Shown here: positions 39,327 through 49,724 of the stretch, piece after piece
Layout: each line of letters begins with the position of its first letter
How positions within the stretch are numbered: the first letter of the stretch is position 1
Source of the DNA: Candidatus Eiseniibacteriota bacterium
GTDB lineage: Bacteria > Eisenbacteria > RBG-16-71-46
Reading direction: 5' to 3'
Assembly (NCBI GenBank): GCA_044222065.1
Contig: JBGAOA010000003.1
Location: 1-64,000 of the forward strand
DNA length: 64,000 nt
Program-made: the position numbers and the translations under genes
Notes under the pieces: generated by a model
Told to the model about the DNA's origin: nothing
Seen by the model: only the letters and a program-made list of their open reading frames with translations
Databases searched by the model: none

Positions 39327-40492
39327 CGGCTTCGACGACGATGGAGCGCGCGGCGGGCGCGAGGACGGACGCCGCGAAGACGATGAACGCGATCGCCGTG
39401 CTTCCGGGCACGCCCGGCTCGATGCACCTGCGCCGCGTCCCGGTGCCCGCGCTCGAGTCGGTCCCGGGCGGACGAGGCGTGCTCGTGAAGGTCCTGCGCG
39501 TGGGCGTGGACGGCACCGACAAGGAGATCAACGCGGCCGAGTACGGGGCCGCGCCTCCCGGGGACGACTACCTGATCACGGGGCACGAGGGCTTCGGCCG
39601 CGTCGAGGCCGTGGGTCCGAACGTCACCGAACTCGCGCCCGGCGACTACGTCGTCGCGACCGTGCGCCGTCCGGGACACTCGATCTACGACGTGATCGGG
39701 ACGAACGACATGACGACCGACGACACGTACTACGAGCGCGGCATCAACCTGCGCCACGGCTTCCTTGCCGAGTGGTACGTGGAGGACGCCGAATTCGTCG
39801 TGAAAGTGCCCGTGGGGCTCCGGCAGGTCGGCGTGCTGCTCGAGCCGACGACCGTCGTCGAGAAGGGCATCGCGCAGGCGTTCGAGATCCAGCGGCGGCT
39901 GCGCGTGTGGCGGCCCCGGCGCGCGGCCGTGCTCGGCGCGGGCACGATCGGACTGCTCGCGGCGATGGCGCTGAGGCTGCGCGGCCTCGACGTCACCGTG
40001 CTCGGGCGCACGCCCCGGCCGTACCTCAACTCCGACCTCGTCGAAGCGCTCGGCGCCCGCTACCTCACGACGACCGACACGCCGCTGCTCGAGGCGGCGG
40101 GCCGTCACGGCCCGTTCGACCTGATCTTCGAGGCGACGGGATTCGCGCCGATCGTGTTCGAGGCGATGCGCGCGCTCGGCAAGAACGGCGTGCTCGTGCT
40201 GTCGAGCGTCACCGGGGGCGACCACACGGTGGAAGTGCCGGCGGACCGCATCAACCTCGAGTTCGTGCTCGGCAACAAGGTGATGGTCGGCACCGTGAAC
40301 GCGAACCGCGAGTACTTCGAGGCCGGCGTGAAGGACCTCGCGCAGTGCGAGGCGCAGTACCCGGGCTGGCTCGGCCGGCTGCTCACGCACCCCGTGCGCG
40401 GGCTCGAGAACTGGAGGGCGCTGCTCCAGGCCCTTACGAACGGCGAGGGCGTGATCAAGGCCTACTGCGAAGTCGCCCCGCTCGAGGACTGA
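39323..40492 (+). CDS. Zn-dependent glucose 1-dehydrogenase (MDR family, archaeal-like)
   Basis: [48 protein letters not shown]; start could instead be ATG 39341 or 39383. Confidence 0.85.
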
Positions 40493-40534
40493 CCCGCCGT
40501 TGCGCGGACCGCCGCGCGCCGCGAGACTGCCGGC

Positions 40535-40903
40535 GTGGACACGATCGTCGTGACGAAGGAGCTGTACGCGAGCCGCCTGCGCGCGCTGCTCGGGCCGGGC
40601 TCGGCCGGAGGCCTGCCGCGCCGCCGGCGCGACCGCCTCATCCTGCTGCACGCCGTGTCGCGTCGGTTCGCGGCGTCGGACCGCCTGCGCGAGCGCGAGG
40701 CGACCGGCCGCATCGAGGACTTCCTGCTCGGGCCCGGCCGTCACCTCGGCGTGGACGCCGTGACGTTGCGGCGCGCGCTCGTCGACGAGGGCTTCGTGGA
40801 CCGCACGGACCGCGGCGAGGACTACCGCGCCTCGGACCGCCACGAGCGCCTCGTGCGCTTCGAGGGCGAGATGCCCGACGTCGAAGCGGTTCTCGGCGGC
40901 TGA
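40535..40903 (+). CDS. DUF2087-like small protein
   Basis: LPRRRRDR, DAVTLRRALVDEGFVDRTDRGEDY. Confidence 0.75.
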   Translation: MDTIVVTKELYASRLRALLGPGSAGGLPRRRRDRLILLHAVSRRFAASDRLREREATGRIEDFLLGPGRHLGVDAVTLRRALVDEGFVDRTDRGEDYRASDRHERLVRFEGEMPDVEAVLGG

Positions 40904-41021
40904 GTCGCGGACGCGCGCCTCGTCAACGGCGCGGAAGCGCGAAGGCGGGCGATGAGCGGACCGGAGCTGTGCCGCACACACACCCCGGGAGCATCACCGA
41001 CCCGCCATTCGCAACCCGTGT

Positions 41022-42152
41022 TCAGCGCGATGCGAGCCGGATGCTCCCCGAGCCCGTGTCCACGACGACGAGGCCGCGGCCGTCGCCGACGCGTCCGCGC
41101 AGCCAGTCGTGCTGGCGGCGCACTTCCGAGAGCGGCAGGTCGGAGTCGATGCCGCCGCTGCCGGTGGACAGGTTGAGCATCGCGCCGAAGCCGTCGGGGA
41201 CGCGGAACGTCACGCTGCCCGAGCCGGTGTCGATCTTGACCTGGTCGGCGTCGGCGACGAGTTCGAGTTCCACCGAGCCGCTGCCCGTGTCGAGCAGGAT
41301 GTCCACCGCGTCCACGGCGGAGAGTTCGATGCCGCCCGAGCCCGTGTCCACGTGCAGCGAGGCGGCGCTCACGCCCCGGCCCGACACTTCGCCCGAGCCG
41401 GTGTCCACGAGCAGGTTCTTGCCGCGCACGTCCGCGAGCCGGACTTCGCCCGAGCCCGTGTCCACGTTGAGGTCGCCGCGCATGCCGTCCACCGCCACCT
41501 CGCCCGAGCCGGTGTCCACGAGCAGGTTGCCGCGCGCGCCGTCCACCTTGACGCTCGCCGAGGCGCCGTCGAGCCGCACGTCGCCCTCGACGTTCTCGGC
41601 GGTGATCGTTCCGACGCCGAGGTAGATCGCGGCCTTCTGGCCCTTTGGCACCTCGATGCGCAGGTCGGCCCACGCTTCGAGTCCCGAACCCCGGCCGGTG
41701 ATCGTCACCGTGCGCGGGTCGAACAGGCCGTGGGACTTTCCGCCCCACGTGCCGTCCTCGCGCACGCGCATCTGCGTGCGGGAGCCCCAGCCCATGCGCG
41801 AACCCGGATAGACGACGCGGTCCGAGGGCGAGATCACGCGCAGCGTCGCGCGGCCGCCGATCGGACCGGTCTCGAGGCGCAGGCGGTTCGCGTCCCGGCC
41901 GCCGCGCGTCACTTCGACGACCACGTCGGGACCGCTGCCGCCCACGACCGAGACCGTGCCCGCGACGTCGAACACCGCCACGTCCGCCCCCTTCACGACG
42001 ACGCGCTCCGAGGCGGAGGCGCTCAACGCGACGAGTGCGTTCGCGGCGAGCGCGAGCAGCACGATGGCGACGACGAACAGGATCGCCAGGAGTCCGCCCT
42101 GGGCGCGATCGCGATCGTGCGCGGGGTCGGACGTCGGAAGGGTCTTCGGCAT
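41022..42152 (-). CDS. DUF4097 beta-strand-repeat (adhesin-like) protein
   Basis: Repeated VDTGSG(E/G/S)(V/I) units; N-terminal hydrophobic helix. Confidence 0.88.
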   Translation of the reverse strand: MPKTLPTSDPAHDRDRAQGGLLAILFVVAIVLLALAANALVALSASASERVVVKGADVAVFDVAGTVSVVGGSGPDVVVEVTRGGRDANRLRLETGPIGGRATLRVISPSDRVVYPGSRMGWGSRTQMRVREDGTWGGKSHGLFDPRTVTITGRGSGLEAWADLRIEVPKGQKAAIYLGVGTITAENVEGDVRLDGASASVKVDGARGNLLVDTGSGEVAVDGMRGDLNVDTGSGEVRLADVRGKNLLVDTGSGEVSGRGVSAASLHVDTGSGGIELSAVDAVDILLDTGSGSVELELVADADQVKIDTGSGSVTFRVPDGFGAMLNLSTGSGGIDSDLPLSEVRRQHDWLRGRVGDGRGLVVVDTGSGSIRLASR

Positions 42153-42442
42153 GACGGGAGTCTCCGGAAGGAAGGGCGGCACTGGATGGCGACAGCTACG
42201 CCTCGGCGCGCGCCCGGGTTTCACGCACGCTGTGACACGCCGAGTCGCGCGAAAGGTTGGCAGCGCTCGTTCCTCGGCCGCCGCCGCGCGCGCGGTTCCC
42301 TCGGCGGCGCGCACGCCGGCTGCGCGGATCCCGCGGCCCCGGCGGCCTCAGCGTCCCGCGTCCGGCGGACGAAGGTGGCTCCGCGCCTCCGCCTGATGCA
42401 CCTTTCAACCCTGCGCCGGCTCCGCCTGTCTGATCGGGAGCC

Positions 42443-43018
42443 ATGTCCACCGTGACCTGTGGGGCCATTCCTCTGGAAAACGCGGCGATCAGCACCCCGG
42501 CGGGAGCCGACGGAGCGGATGTCGAGGACGCGAAGGGGGGCGATGCCCGGGCCTTCGAGCGCCTCTATCGCCGTCACGTGCCGCGGGTGCACGCGCTCGC
42601 TCGCCGCATGATCGGCTACTCCGACGCCGACGAGGCGACGCAGGACGTGTTCGTCCGGGCGTGGCAGAAGCTCGGAACGTTCCGGGGCGAGGCGGCGTTC
42701 GGAACCTGGCTGCACCGGCTCGCGATCAACGTGCTGCTGTCCAAGCGCGCGGGCCTCGGGATCCTGCGGAGCCGGTTCCTCCCGGACGACGCCGCGCTCG
42801 AGACCCTGCCCGGCCGGCCGGCCGCTCGCGAGCAGCGCATGGACTTCGAGAGCGCGATCGCGAAGCTCCCGGACGGGGCCCGGGTCGTGTTCGTGCTGCA
42901 CGACGTGGAGGGGTACAAGCACGAAGAGATCGCCGGCCTGCTCGAAGTGACGACCGGTACGACCAAGGCCCAGCTCCACCGCGCGCGCATGATGCTTCGC
43001 CGCCACCTGGAGGCCTGA
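42443..43018 (+). CDS. ECF RNA polymerase sigma factor
   Basis: GDARAFERLY, TQDVFVRAWQKLGTFRGEAAFGTWLHR, GYKHEEIA, KAQLHRAR. Confidence 0.95.
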   Translation: MSTVTCGAIPLENAAISTPAGADGADVEDAKGGDARAFERLYRRHVPRVHALARRMIGYSDADEATQDVFVRAWQKLGTFRGEAAFGTWLHRLAINVLLSKRAGLGILRSRFLPDDAALETLPGRPAAREQRMDFESAIAKLPDGARVVFVLHDVEGYKHEEIAGLLEVTTGTTKAQLHRARMMLRRHLEA

Positions 43019-43022
43019 CCCG

Positions 43023-43781
43023 ATGAACGCGCACTGGACCGACCGGCTGTCCGAATACCTCGACGGCGACCTCGACGGCGCCGAGCACGCCGCGTGCGAG
43101 TCGCACCTCGCGACGTGCGCCGAATGCGCGCGGACGCTCGAAGACCTGAAGGCGGTCGCCGGACAGGCGCGCGCGCTCGGCTCGATGGCGCCCGATCGGG
43201 ACCTGTGGCCCGCGATCGAGCGGCGCCTCGACGGTCCGCGCGCACTGACCTTCGGCGGGCTCGGACGCCGGCGCTGGACGCTCTCGCTGCCGCAGGCGCT
43301 CGCCGCGGCCGCGGCGCTCGTCGCCGTCACGGGCGCAATCACCTGGCTCGCGACCTCCGGGCGCCTGTCGCCCGCGGGCCGCTCCGCGACCGGCGACTCG
43401 CCGCTCGCGCGCGCGACCGCTCCGCCTCGCGCGTCCGCGCCCGCGCCCGGCGCCGCGACGAACGCCGCGCGCTCGCGTCCCGCGCGCGACGCCGAAGGCC
43501 AGATCGCCGCCGAGCCCGCCGACTTCGGCACCGCCGAATACGACGCCGCGATCGCCTCGCTCGAGGCCTCGCTGCGCCAGCATCGCGACCGGCTCGACCC
43601 GCGCACGGTCGAGGTGGTCGAACGCAATCTCGCCGTCATCGACGCCGCCATTCGTGAGGCGCGAGCCGCCCTCGCCTCGGACCCGGCGAGCCCGTACCTC
43701 AACGCCCACCTCGCGAGCACGATGCGCCGCAAGGTCGAGCTGTTGAAGCGGGCCGCCAAATTCGCGGGCGACCGCATCTAG
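43023..43781 (+). CDS. Transmembrane zf-HC2 anti-sigma factor
   Basis: LSEYLDGDL...HLATCAEC, one TM helix, helical C-terminal domain. Confidence 0.88.
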   Translation: MNAHWTDRLSEYLDGDLDGAEHAACESHLATCAECARTLEDLKAVAGQARALGSMAPDRDLWPAIERRLDGPRALTFGGLGRRRWTLSLPQALAAAAALVAVTGAITWLATSGRLSPAGRSATGDSPLARATAPPRASAPAPGAATNAARSRPARDAEGQIAAEPADFGTAEYDAAIASLEASLRQHRDRLDPRTVEVVERNLAVIDAAIREARAALASDPASPYLNAHLASTMRRKVELLKRAAKFAGDRI

Positions 43782-43790
43782 GAGAAGACC

Positions 43791-44801
43791 ATGACCCTGC
43801 TCACCGCCGGCCTCGTCGTGCTCGCGCTCGCCGCGCGCACGGACACCACGCTCAACGTGGCTCCGAGTTCGCGGCTCAAGCTCGAGAACTTCGGCGGCGA
43901 CATCCAGGTCCAGACCTGGAGCCGCAACGCCGTCCGTATCGAGGCCGATCACGGCCGCCGGGTGGACGTGACGATCGATCGCTCGAGCGGCGAGCTCACG
44001 CTCGGGGCCGAGACCCGCTTCGGCGCGCCCGCGACCGTGGACTGGCGCCTCACCGTGCCGGCGACGCTGTCGCTCGAGCTGTCGGGCGTCTACAGCGACG
44101 TCCGCGTGGACGGCGTGTCGGGCGAGGTGCGCGTCGAGACCGTGCAGGGCGACGTCACGATCACGGGCAATCCGAAGGAAGTGTCGGCGTCGTCCGTGCA
44201 GGGCCAGGTCCGCATCGAGGGCGGGCACGGCCGGATCGAGGCGAGCAGCGTGAACGAGCGCGTGACGCTGCTGGATGCGAGCGGCGAGATCCAGGCCGAA
44301 TCCGTGAACGGCGACGTGCTGATCCGCGGCGGCGGTTCGGACCGCGTCGAGGCCAGCACCGTGAACGGCAACATCCTGTTCGAGGCCGCGTTCGCGAAGT
44401 CCGGCGAGTACAGCTTCAGCTCGCACGGGGGCGGGCTGTACGTCGCCGTGCCGCAGAGCGCCGACGTCGAGGTGTCGGTCTCGACCTACCAGGGCTCGTT
44501 CGAATCCACGTTCCCCTACACGAGCGACTCGCGCCGCAAGCGCGACTTCAGCTTCACGCTCGGCAGCGGCGACGCTCGGCTCGACCTCGAGTCGTTCCAG
44601 GGCGAGATCCGGCTCTTCCGGCCGGGCGAATCCGTTCCCGACCTGCCGGACTTCTTCGACCGCGAAGACTCCGCCGGCCACGGTGCGAAATCGAAGGCGA
44701 AGTCCGAGGTCAAGGCCAGCCTCAAGGACAAGAAGTCCGGCTCGAAGGACCCGCGCAACGGCGACGAGTCCGACGAGGAGTCCGAAGGGGAGGACGAGTG
44801 A
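43791..44801 (+). CDS. DUF4097 beta-strand-repeat exported protein
   Basis: ETVQGDV, SSVQGQV, ESVNGDV, STVNGNI repeats. Confidence 0.85.
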   Translation: MTLLTAGLVVLALAARTDTTLNVAPSSRLKLENFGGDIQVQTWSRNAVRIEADHGRRVDVTIDRSSGELTLGAETRFGAPATVDWRLTVPATLSLELSGVYSDVRVDGVSGEVRVETVQGDVTITGNPKEVSASSVQGQVRIEGGHGRIEASSVNERVTLLDASGEIQAESVNGDVLIRGGGSDRVEASTVNGNILFEAAFAKSGEYSFSSHGGGLYVAVPQSADVEVSVSTYQGSFESTFPYTSDSRRKRDFSFTLGSGDARLDLESFQGEIRLFRPGESVPDLPDFFDREDSAGHGAKSKAKSEVKASLKDKKSGSKDPRNGDESDEESEGEDE

Positions 44802-44829
44802 GCTTCGCGGCGCCGTAGCGCCGCGCCGG

Positions 44830-44869
44830 GTGTCCGCTCGTGGGACGAGGCGATCCCACGAGCGGACAC
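44830..44869. promoter_or_regulatory. 16-bp perfect inverted repeat (possible sigma54-activator enhancer or terminator)
   Basis: gtgtccgctcgtggga-N8-tcccacgagcggacac. Confidence 0.55.
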
Positions 44870-44993
44870 TTCCACTCGTACCCGCGGCGGGCGCGGCCCC
44901 GGCGCCCGGTTCGCGCGCAACGAGTTGCGGCGTTCCGAGCGACTGGAACGGTTCTTCCAGTGCGATCCGGTCCACGCACTCCGGAGGCGGTCC

Positions 44994-46235
44994 TTGGACG
45001 TTCCTCGCGCACGCAAGCCGAATCGGGCTCCGTTCATCATCGGCGGGGTCGCCGGCGCCGTGATCCTCACGACGCTCGGTCTCTCGCAGCTGCGCCCCGC
45101 GGCGCCGACCGTGGAGCGCGCCGCGCTCTACTTCGACACCGTGAAGCGCGGCGACGTCGTGCGCGAAGTGCGCGGCAACGGTTCGCTCGTGCCCGAGGAC
45201 CAGCGCATCGTCTCGGCGCTCGTCTCGGGACGCGTGGACCTCGTGCGCGTGCGCGCCGGCGAGCGCGTGGACGCGCAGACCGTGCTCGTCGAGATGAGCA
45301 ACCCGGACGTGCAGCTCGAGTCGCTCGACGCCGAGCGGCAGGTGAAGCTCGCGGAAGCCGATCTCGCGAGCCTGCGCGCCGCGCTCGAGACCCAGCGGCT
45401 CGCCGCGCAGTCCGCGCTCGCCTCGGCGACGCGCGAATCGCGCGACGCCGAGCGCGCGGTCAAGGTCGCCGAGCGGCTGATGAGCGAAGGCCTGAGTTCC
45501 GAATTCGAGGTCGAGCGCGCCCGCGACGCCGCCGAGGACGCGCGCGTCCGGCTCGCGAGCGAGCGCGACCACCTGAAGGTGACGACGGAGTCGCTCGACG
45601 CGCAGCTCGTGCTTCGCCGCTCCGAGGTCGAGCGGCTGCGCGCGATCGCGTCGTTCCAGCGCGAACGCGTGTCGTCGCTGCGCGTGCGCGCCGGCGCCGC
45701 CGGCGTGCTGCAGGAGATGGCGCTCGAGCCGGGACAGTGGGTGCAGTCGGGCCAGCGACTCGCGCGCGTGGCCGGCACCGGGCGGCTCAAGGCCGTCATC
45801 CGCGTCCCCGACACGCAGGCGAAGGACCTCGCGGTCGGACTCGAGGCGGTCGTGGACACGCACGACGGCGTCGTCCAGGGACGCGTGAGCCGCGTGGACC
45901 CCGCCTCGCAGGGCGGCACCGTCACCGTGGACGTCGCGCTTCCGGACACGCTGCCGAAGGGCGCGCGCCCGGACCTCGGCGTGGACGCGAACATCCGCAT
46001 CGACCGGCTTCGGAACGTGCTGTACGTCGGCCGCCCGATGGACGGCTCCGCCGAGTCCACGGCCGAGCTGTTCCGCGTCGAGAAGGGCGGCGGCTCGGCC
46101 GAGCGCGTCGTCGTGAAGCTCGGTCGCGGTTCGTCGAACGCCGTCGAAGTGCTCGAGGGCCTCCAGGAAGGCGACCAACTCATCCTGTCCGACATGTCCC
46201 GCTGGGCGACGGCGCAGCGCGTCCGCCTCAAGTGA
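44994..46235 (+). CDS. Efflux periplasmic adaptor (HlyD/MacA-like)
   Basis: TM anchor, VRGNGSLVP, coiled coil, GARPDLGVD, VEVLEGLQEGDQLILSD; GGAGG before TTG. Confidence 0.9.
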   Translation: MDVPRARKPNRAPFIIGGVAGAVILTTLGLSQLRPAAPTVERAALYFDTVKRGDVVREVRGNGSLVPEDQRIVSALVSGRVDLVRVRAGERVDAQTVLVEMSNPDVQLESLDAERQVKLAEADLASLRAALETQRLAAQSALASATRESRDAERAVKVAERLMSEGLSSEFEVERARDAAEDARVRLASERDHLKVTTESLDAQLVLRRSEVERLRAIASFQRERVSSLRVRAGAAGVLQEMALEPGQWVQSGQRLARVAGTGRLKAVIRVPDTQAKDLAVGLEAVVDTHDGVVQGRVSRVDPASQGGTVTVDVALPDTLPKGARPDLGVDANIRIDRLRNVLYVGRPMDGSAESTAELFRVEKGGGSAERVVVKLGRGSSNAVEVLEGLQEGDQLILSDMSRWATAQRVRLK

Positions 46236-46264
46236 ACCCCGCTCCCGACCCGAAGGAGAAACCC

Positions 46265-47011
46265 ATGACCGCGACGCTCGCTCCCGCGCCCCGCAGCACG
46301 TCTGCGAACGGCGCCCGCGAAACGGCCACGAGCCTCATCCGACTCGACAACATCCAGAAGGTCTTCTACACGGACGAAGTCGAGACCCACGCGCTCTCGG
46401 GCATCCACCTCGAGATCCGACGCGGCGAGTTCCTGTCGATCGCCGGACCGTCGGGGTGCGGCAAGTCCACGCTGCTCTCGCTCATCGGCCTGCTCGACGC
46501 GCCGACGGCGGGCCAGTACTGGCTCGACAACCGCGCCGTCGAGAGCCTGTCGTTCGCCGAGCGCGCGCGCATCCGGAACCGGCAGATCGGGTTCATCTTC
46601 CAGAGCTTCAACCTGATCGGCGACCTGACCGTCGAGGAGAACGTCGAGCTGCCGCTGACGTACCGCGGCATGCCAGCGGGCGAGCGCAAGCGCGCGGTGT
46701 CGGAGTCGCTCGAACGCGTGAACATGGCGCATCGCGCGCGTCACCTGCCGAGCCAGCTCTCGGGCGGCCAGCAGCAGCGCGTCGCCGTCGCTCGCGCGCT
46801 CGCGGGCAGCCCGCTCATCCTGCTCGCGGACGAGCCGACCGGAAACCTCGACTCGTCGAACGGCGAGTCGGTGATGAGCCTGCTGCGCGAACTGCACGCG
46901 CAGGGCGCGACGATCTGCATGGTCACGCACGACCCGCGGTTCTCGCGCTACGCCGACCGCACCGTGCAGCTCTTCGACGGCCGCATCGTGGACGAGAACC
47001 GGGGGGCGTGA
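46265..47011 (+). CDS. ABC transporter ATP-binding protein (MacB/LolD-like)
   Basis: [33 protein letters not shown]. Confidence 0.95.
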   Translation: MTATLAPAPRSTSANGARETATSLIRLDNIQKVFYTDEVETHALSGIHLEIRRGEFLSIAGPSGCGKSTLLSLIGLLDAPTAGQYWLDNRAVESLSFAERARIRNRQIGFIFQSFNLIGDLTVEENVELPLTYRGMPAGERKRAVSESLERVNMAHRARHLPSQLSGGQQQRVAVARALAGSPLILLADEPTGNLDSSNGESVMSLLRELHAQGATICMVTHDPRFSRYADRTVQLFDGRIVDENRGA

Positions 47012-49431
47012 TGGACGGCTGGCTCCAGGATCTGCGCTTCGCGGCGCGCTCGCTGCGCCGCACGCCGGGCTACACGGCCGTCGTCGTCGCCGTCATGGCG
47101 CTCGGCATCGGCATCAACACGATGGTGTTCGCGATGGTGTACGGCGTGCTCTACCGGCCGCTGCCGCTGCCGCAGGCGGAACGCCTGACCGCGATCCGCA
47201 GCAGCGATCCGCGCAAGCCGAAGGAACGCTACGAAGTCTCGTTCATGAACCTGCGCGACTACCGCGGAATGAAGTCGTTCGAATCCGTCGGCGGGTACTG
47301 GGACCACAACGCTCTCGTGAACTTCGGCCAGGACACCGAACGCCTGTACGCCTCGACGGTGACCTACGACCTGTTCGACGCGCTCGGCGTGAAGCCGATC
47401 CTCGGGCACGCGTTCCGGGCCGAAGAGGAGCCGATCGGCCAGAACTGGACTTCGATCGTCATCAGCGAGCGCATCTGGAAGTCGCGATTCGGCGGCACGC
47501 CCGATGTGCTCGGCAAGACGGTTCGCATGAACGGGCGCACGCGCACGATCGTCGGCGTGATGCCGGCGGGATTCCGCTGGCCCGAGATCGCCGACTTCTG
47601 GATCCCGATGGGCTTCGATCCGAAGGACGAGAAGCGCAATTCGTTCGGCATCCAGGCGGTCGGCCGGCTCAAGCCCGGCACGACGGCGGCGCAGGCGGAC
47701 GCCGAGATGCGCGTGCTCATGGCGAGCCTCGAGAAGCAGTACCCGCGCGAGCTGAAGAACGTCAGCGCGGTCGTGATGCCGATTCGCGATTCGTTCAACG
47801 GCGACGACTTGAAGCTGATGATGCTCATGCTCCAGACGTCCGTCGCGTTCGTGCTGCTGATCGCGTGCGCGAACGTCGCGAACCTCATGCTCGCGCGCGC
47901 CGCCGGCCGCCGCCGCGAGATCAGCCTGCGCCTCGCGCTCGGCGCGTCCCGCGCGCAGGTCATCCGCCAGCTCCTGATCGAGGGCATCGTCGTGTCGCTC
48001 GCGGGCGCAGCGATCGGCGTGCTGCTCGCGATGTGGGGCCAGCGCCTGTGGCTCTCGATGATCCCGCTCGAACTGCCCATGTTCCTGAGCTTCCCGATGG
48101 ACGCTCCGGTGCTGCTGTTCACCGTCGGCGTGTCGGTGCTCTCGGGCCTGCTGTTCGCGCTCGCTCCGGCGCTGCACGCGAGCGACGAGCGGCTCAGCGA
48201 GGCGCTGCGCGACGGCGCGTCGCAGGCGGGATCGTCGCGCGGACGCAACCGGCTCCGCTCGGGACTCGTCGTCGCGGAGATCGCGCTGTCGCTCGTGCTG
48301 CTCGTCGGCGCCGGACTCATGCTGAAGAGCTTCACGAACCGCGCCCAGCTCCAGAAGAACCTGCGCATCGACGGCGTGTCCACGGGCGGCGTGCTGATGC
48401 CGGTCGCGACCTATCCCGAGAACCGCCAGAAGATCGAGTTCGTGCACGGCCTGCTCGCCGACCTGCGCGGAACGCCCGGCGTCTCCGAGGTCGCGCTCGC
48501 GCAGACGCTGCCGCTCGGACGCAACGGCTGGGGGCGCGGGCTCATCACGCCCGAGATGAAGGACCAGGATCCGTCGAACGCCCCGCACGTCCGCTACGGC
48601 ATCGTGACGCCCGGCTACTTCCGCGCGCTCGGCATCCCGATCGTCGCGGGCCGCGACTTCAACGAGCAGGACACGCCGACCTCGCAGCGCGTCGTGATCG
48701 TGAGCCGTGCGCTCGTGCAGAAGCACTGGCCCGGCCAGGACGCGGTCGGCCGCCGGCTCAAGTTCGCGGGCGAGCCCGACTCGCTCGGCTGGGCGACGGT
48801 CGTCGGCGTCGTCGGCGACGTGCTGCAGAACATCGAGGACGACGACAAGCGGCTCGAGCAGGCGTACGCGCCGCACGACCAGGACCCGGTGCAGATGATG
48901 TGGATGGCCGTGCGCTCCGACCGTCCGAGCGCCGAGGTCATGGGCCGGATGCGCGAACTCGTGCGCGGCCGGGATGCCGACCTTCCGCTGCTCGAGCCGC
49001 GCACGTTCCGCGAGCACGTGCGCTTCTCGATGTGGACGCACCGGCTGTTCACGAGCCTGTTCGGCACGTTCGCGGTGCTCGCCCTGCTGATCGCCGGCAT
49101 CGGCATCTACGGCGTGATGTCCTACTCGGTCGGCCAGCGAACGCAGGAGATCGGCGTGCGCATGGCGCTCGGCGCGGACCCCGCGGCCGTCGTGCGGATG
49201 GTGACGCTGCAAGCCGTGCGTCTCACGCTGCTCGGCATCGCCCTCGGACTCGCGGGAGCCTTCGGGCTCACGCGCTTCATGGCGACGATGCTCTTCCAGG
49301 TGAGCCCGACCGATCCGCCGACGTTCACGATCGTGTGCGTGCTGCTCGCGCTGTCGGGCATCGTGGCCGCGTGGCTGCCCGCGCTGCGCGCCTCGCGCGT
49401 GGACCCGATGGTGGCGCTGCGTTACGAGTAG
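47011..49431 (+). CDS. Duplicated ABC permease (ADOP/MacB-FtsX type)
   Basis: QDLRFAARSLRRTPG, LLIACANVANLMLAR, RTQEIGVRMALGA, RVDPMVALRYE. Confidence 0.93.
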   Translation: MDGWLQDLRFAARSLRRTPGYTAVVVAVMALGIGINTMVFAMVYGVLYRPLPLPQAERLTAIRSSDPRKPKERYEVSFMNLRDYRGMKSFESVGGYWDHNALVNFGQDTERLYASTVTYDLFDALGVKPILGHAFRAEEEPIGQNWTSIVISERIWKSRFGGTPDVLGKTVRMNGRTRTIVGVMPAGFRWPEIADFWIPMGFDPKDEKRNSFGIQAVGRLKPGTTAAQADAEMRVLMASLEKQYPRELKNVSAVVMPIRDSFNGDDLKLMMLMLQTSVAFVLLIACANVANLMLARAAGRRREISLRLALGASRAQVIRQLLIEGIVVSLAGAAIGVLLAMWGQRLWLSMIPLELPMFLSFPMDAPVLLFTVGVSVLSGLLFALAPALHASDERLSEALRDGASQAGSSRGRNRLRSGLVVAEIALSLVLLVGAGLMLKSFTNRAQLQKNLRIDGVSTGGVLMPVATYPENRQKIEFVHGLLADLRGTPGVSEVALAQTLPLGRNGWGRGLITPEMKDQDPSNAPHVRYGIVTPGYFRALGIPIVAGRDFNEQDTPTSQRVVIVSRALVQKHWPGQDAVGRRLKFAGEPDSLGWATVVGVVGDVLQNIEDDDKRLEQAYAPHDQDPVQMMWMAVRSDRPSAEVMGRMRELVRGRDADLPLLEPRTFREHVRFSMWTHRLFTSLFGTFAVLALLIAGIGIYGVMSYSVGQRTQEIGVRMALGADPAAVVRMVTLQAVRLTLLGIALGLAGAFGLTRFMATMLFQVSPTDPPTFTIVCVLLALSGIVAAWLPALRASRVDPMVALRYE

Positions 49432-49724
49432 TCGAAGGAATGCCGCGGGGGACGGTCCGACCGGGAGCGGTCCCCTGACGGCGGCGCGCGGGGAAGCATG
49501 GGCCTCGCGCGCGAAAACGGATCCGCCCGGATCGTGGGTGGAGCCCCCCCGGGGCGCGCGGCCGTCGCCGCGCGCCCTCTTCCTTCGATCGCCGCGGGCG
49601 GCGCCCGTCGCTTCGTCCGCAACTCCTTCGCGCGCCGCCGCGCCGCGACGTGCCCGACCCGACGCGTGCTAATGTGCGGATCACTCCGGCTCGCGCCTCG
49701 ACGGCGCGGCGGAGGACGCCCGCG

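Noticed and set aside
41040..41560. Regular DNA repeats (gagcc.gtgtccacg) resembling an array
   Set aside because: They encode the VDTGSG repeats of the DUF4097 protein, not a CRISPR or non-coding array. The same holds for the repeats in 26763-27563 and 52554-54995.
49448..49540. Hammerhead-ribozyme-like arrangement (ctgacgg...stem...gaaa)
   Set aside because: The core is CUGACGG with extra bases rather than CUGANGA, and no properly placed UH cleavage site or stem III exists.
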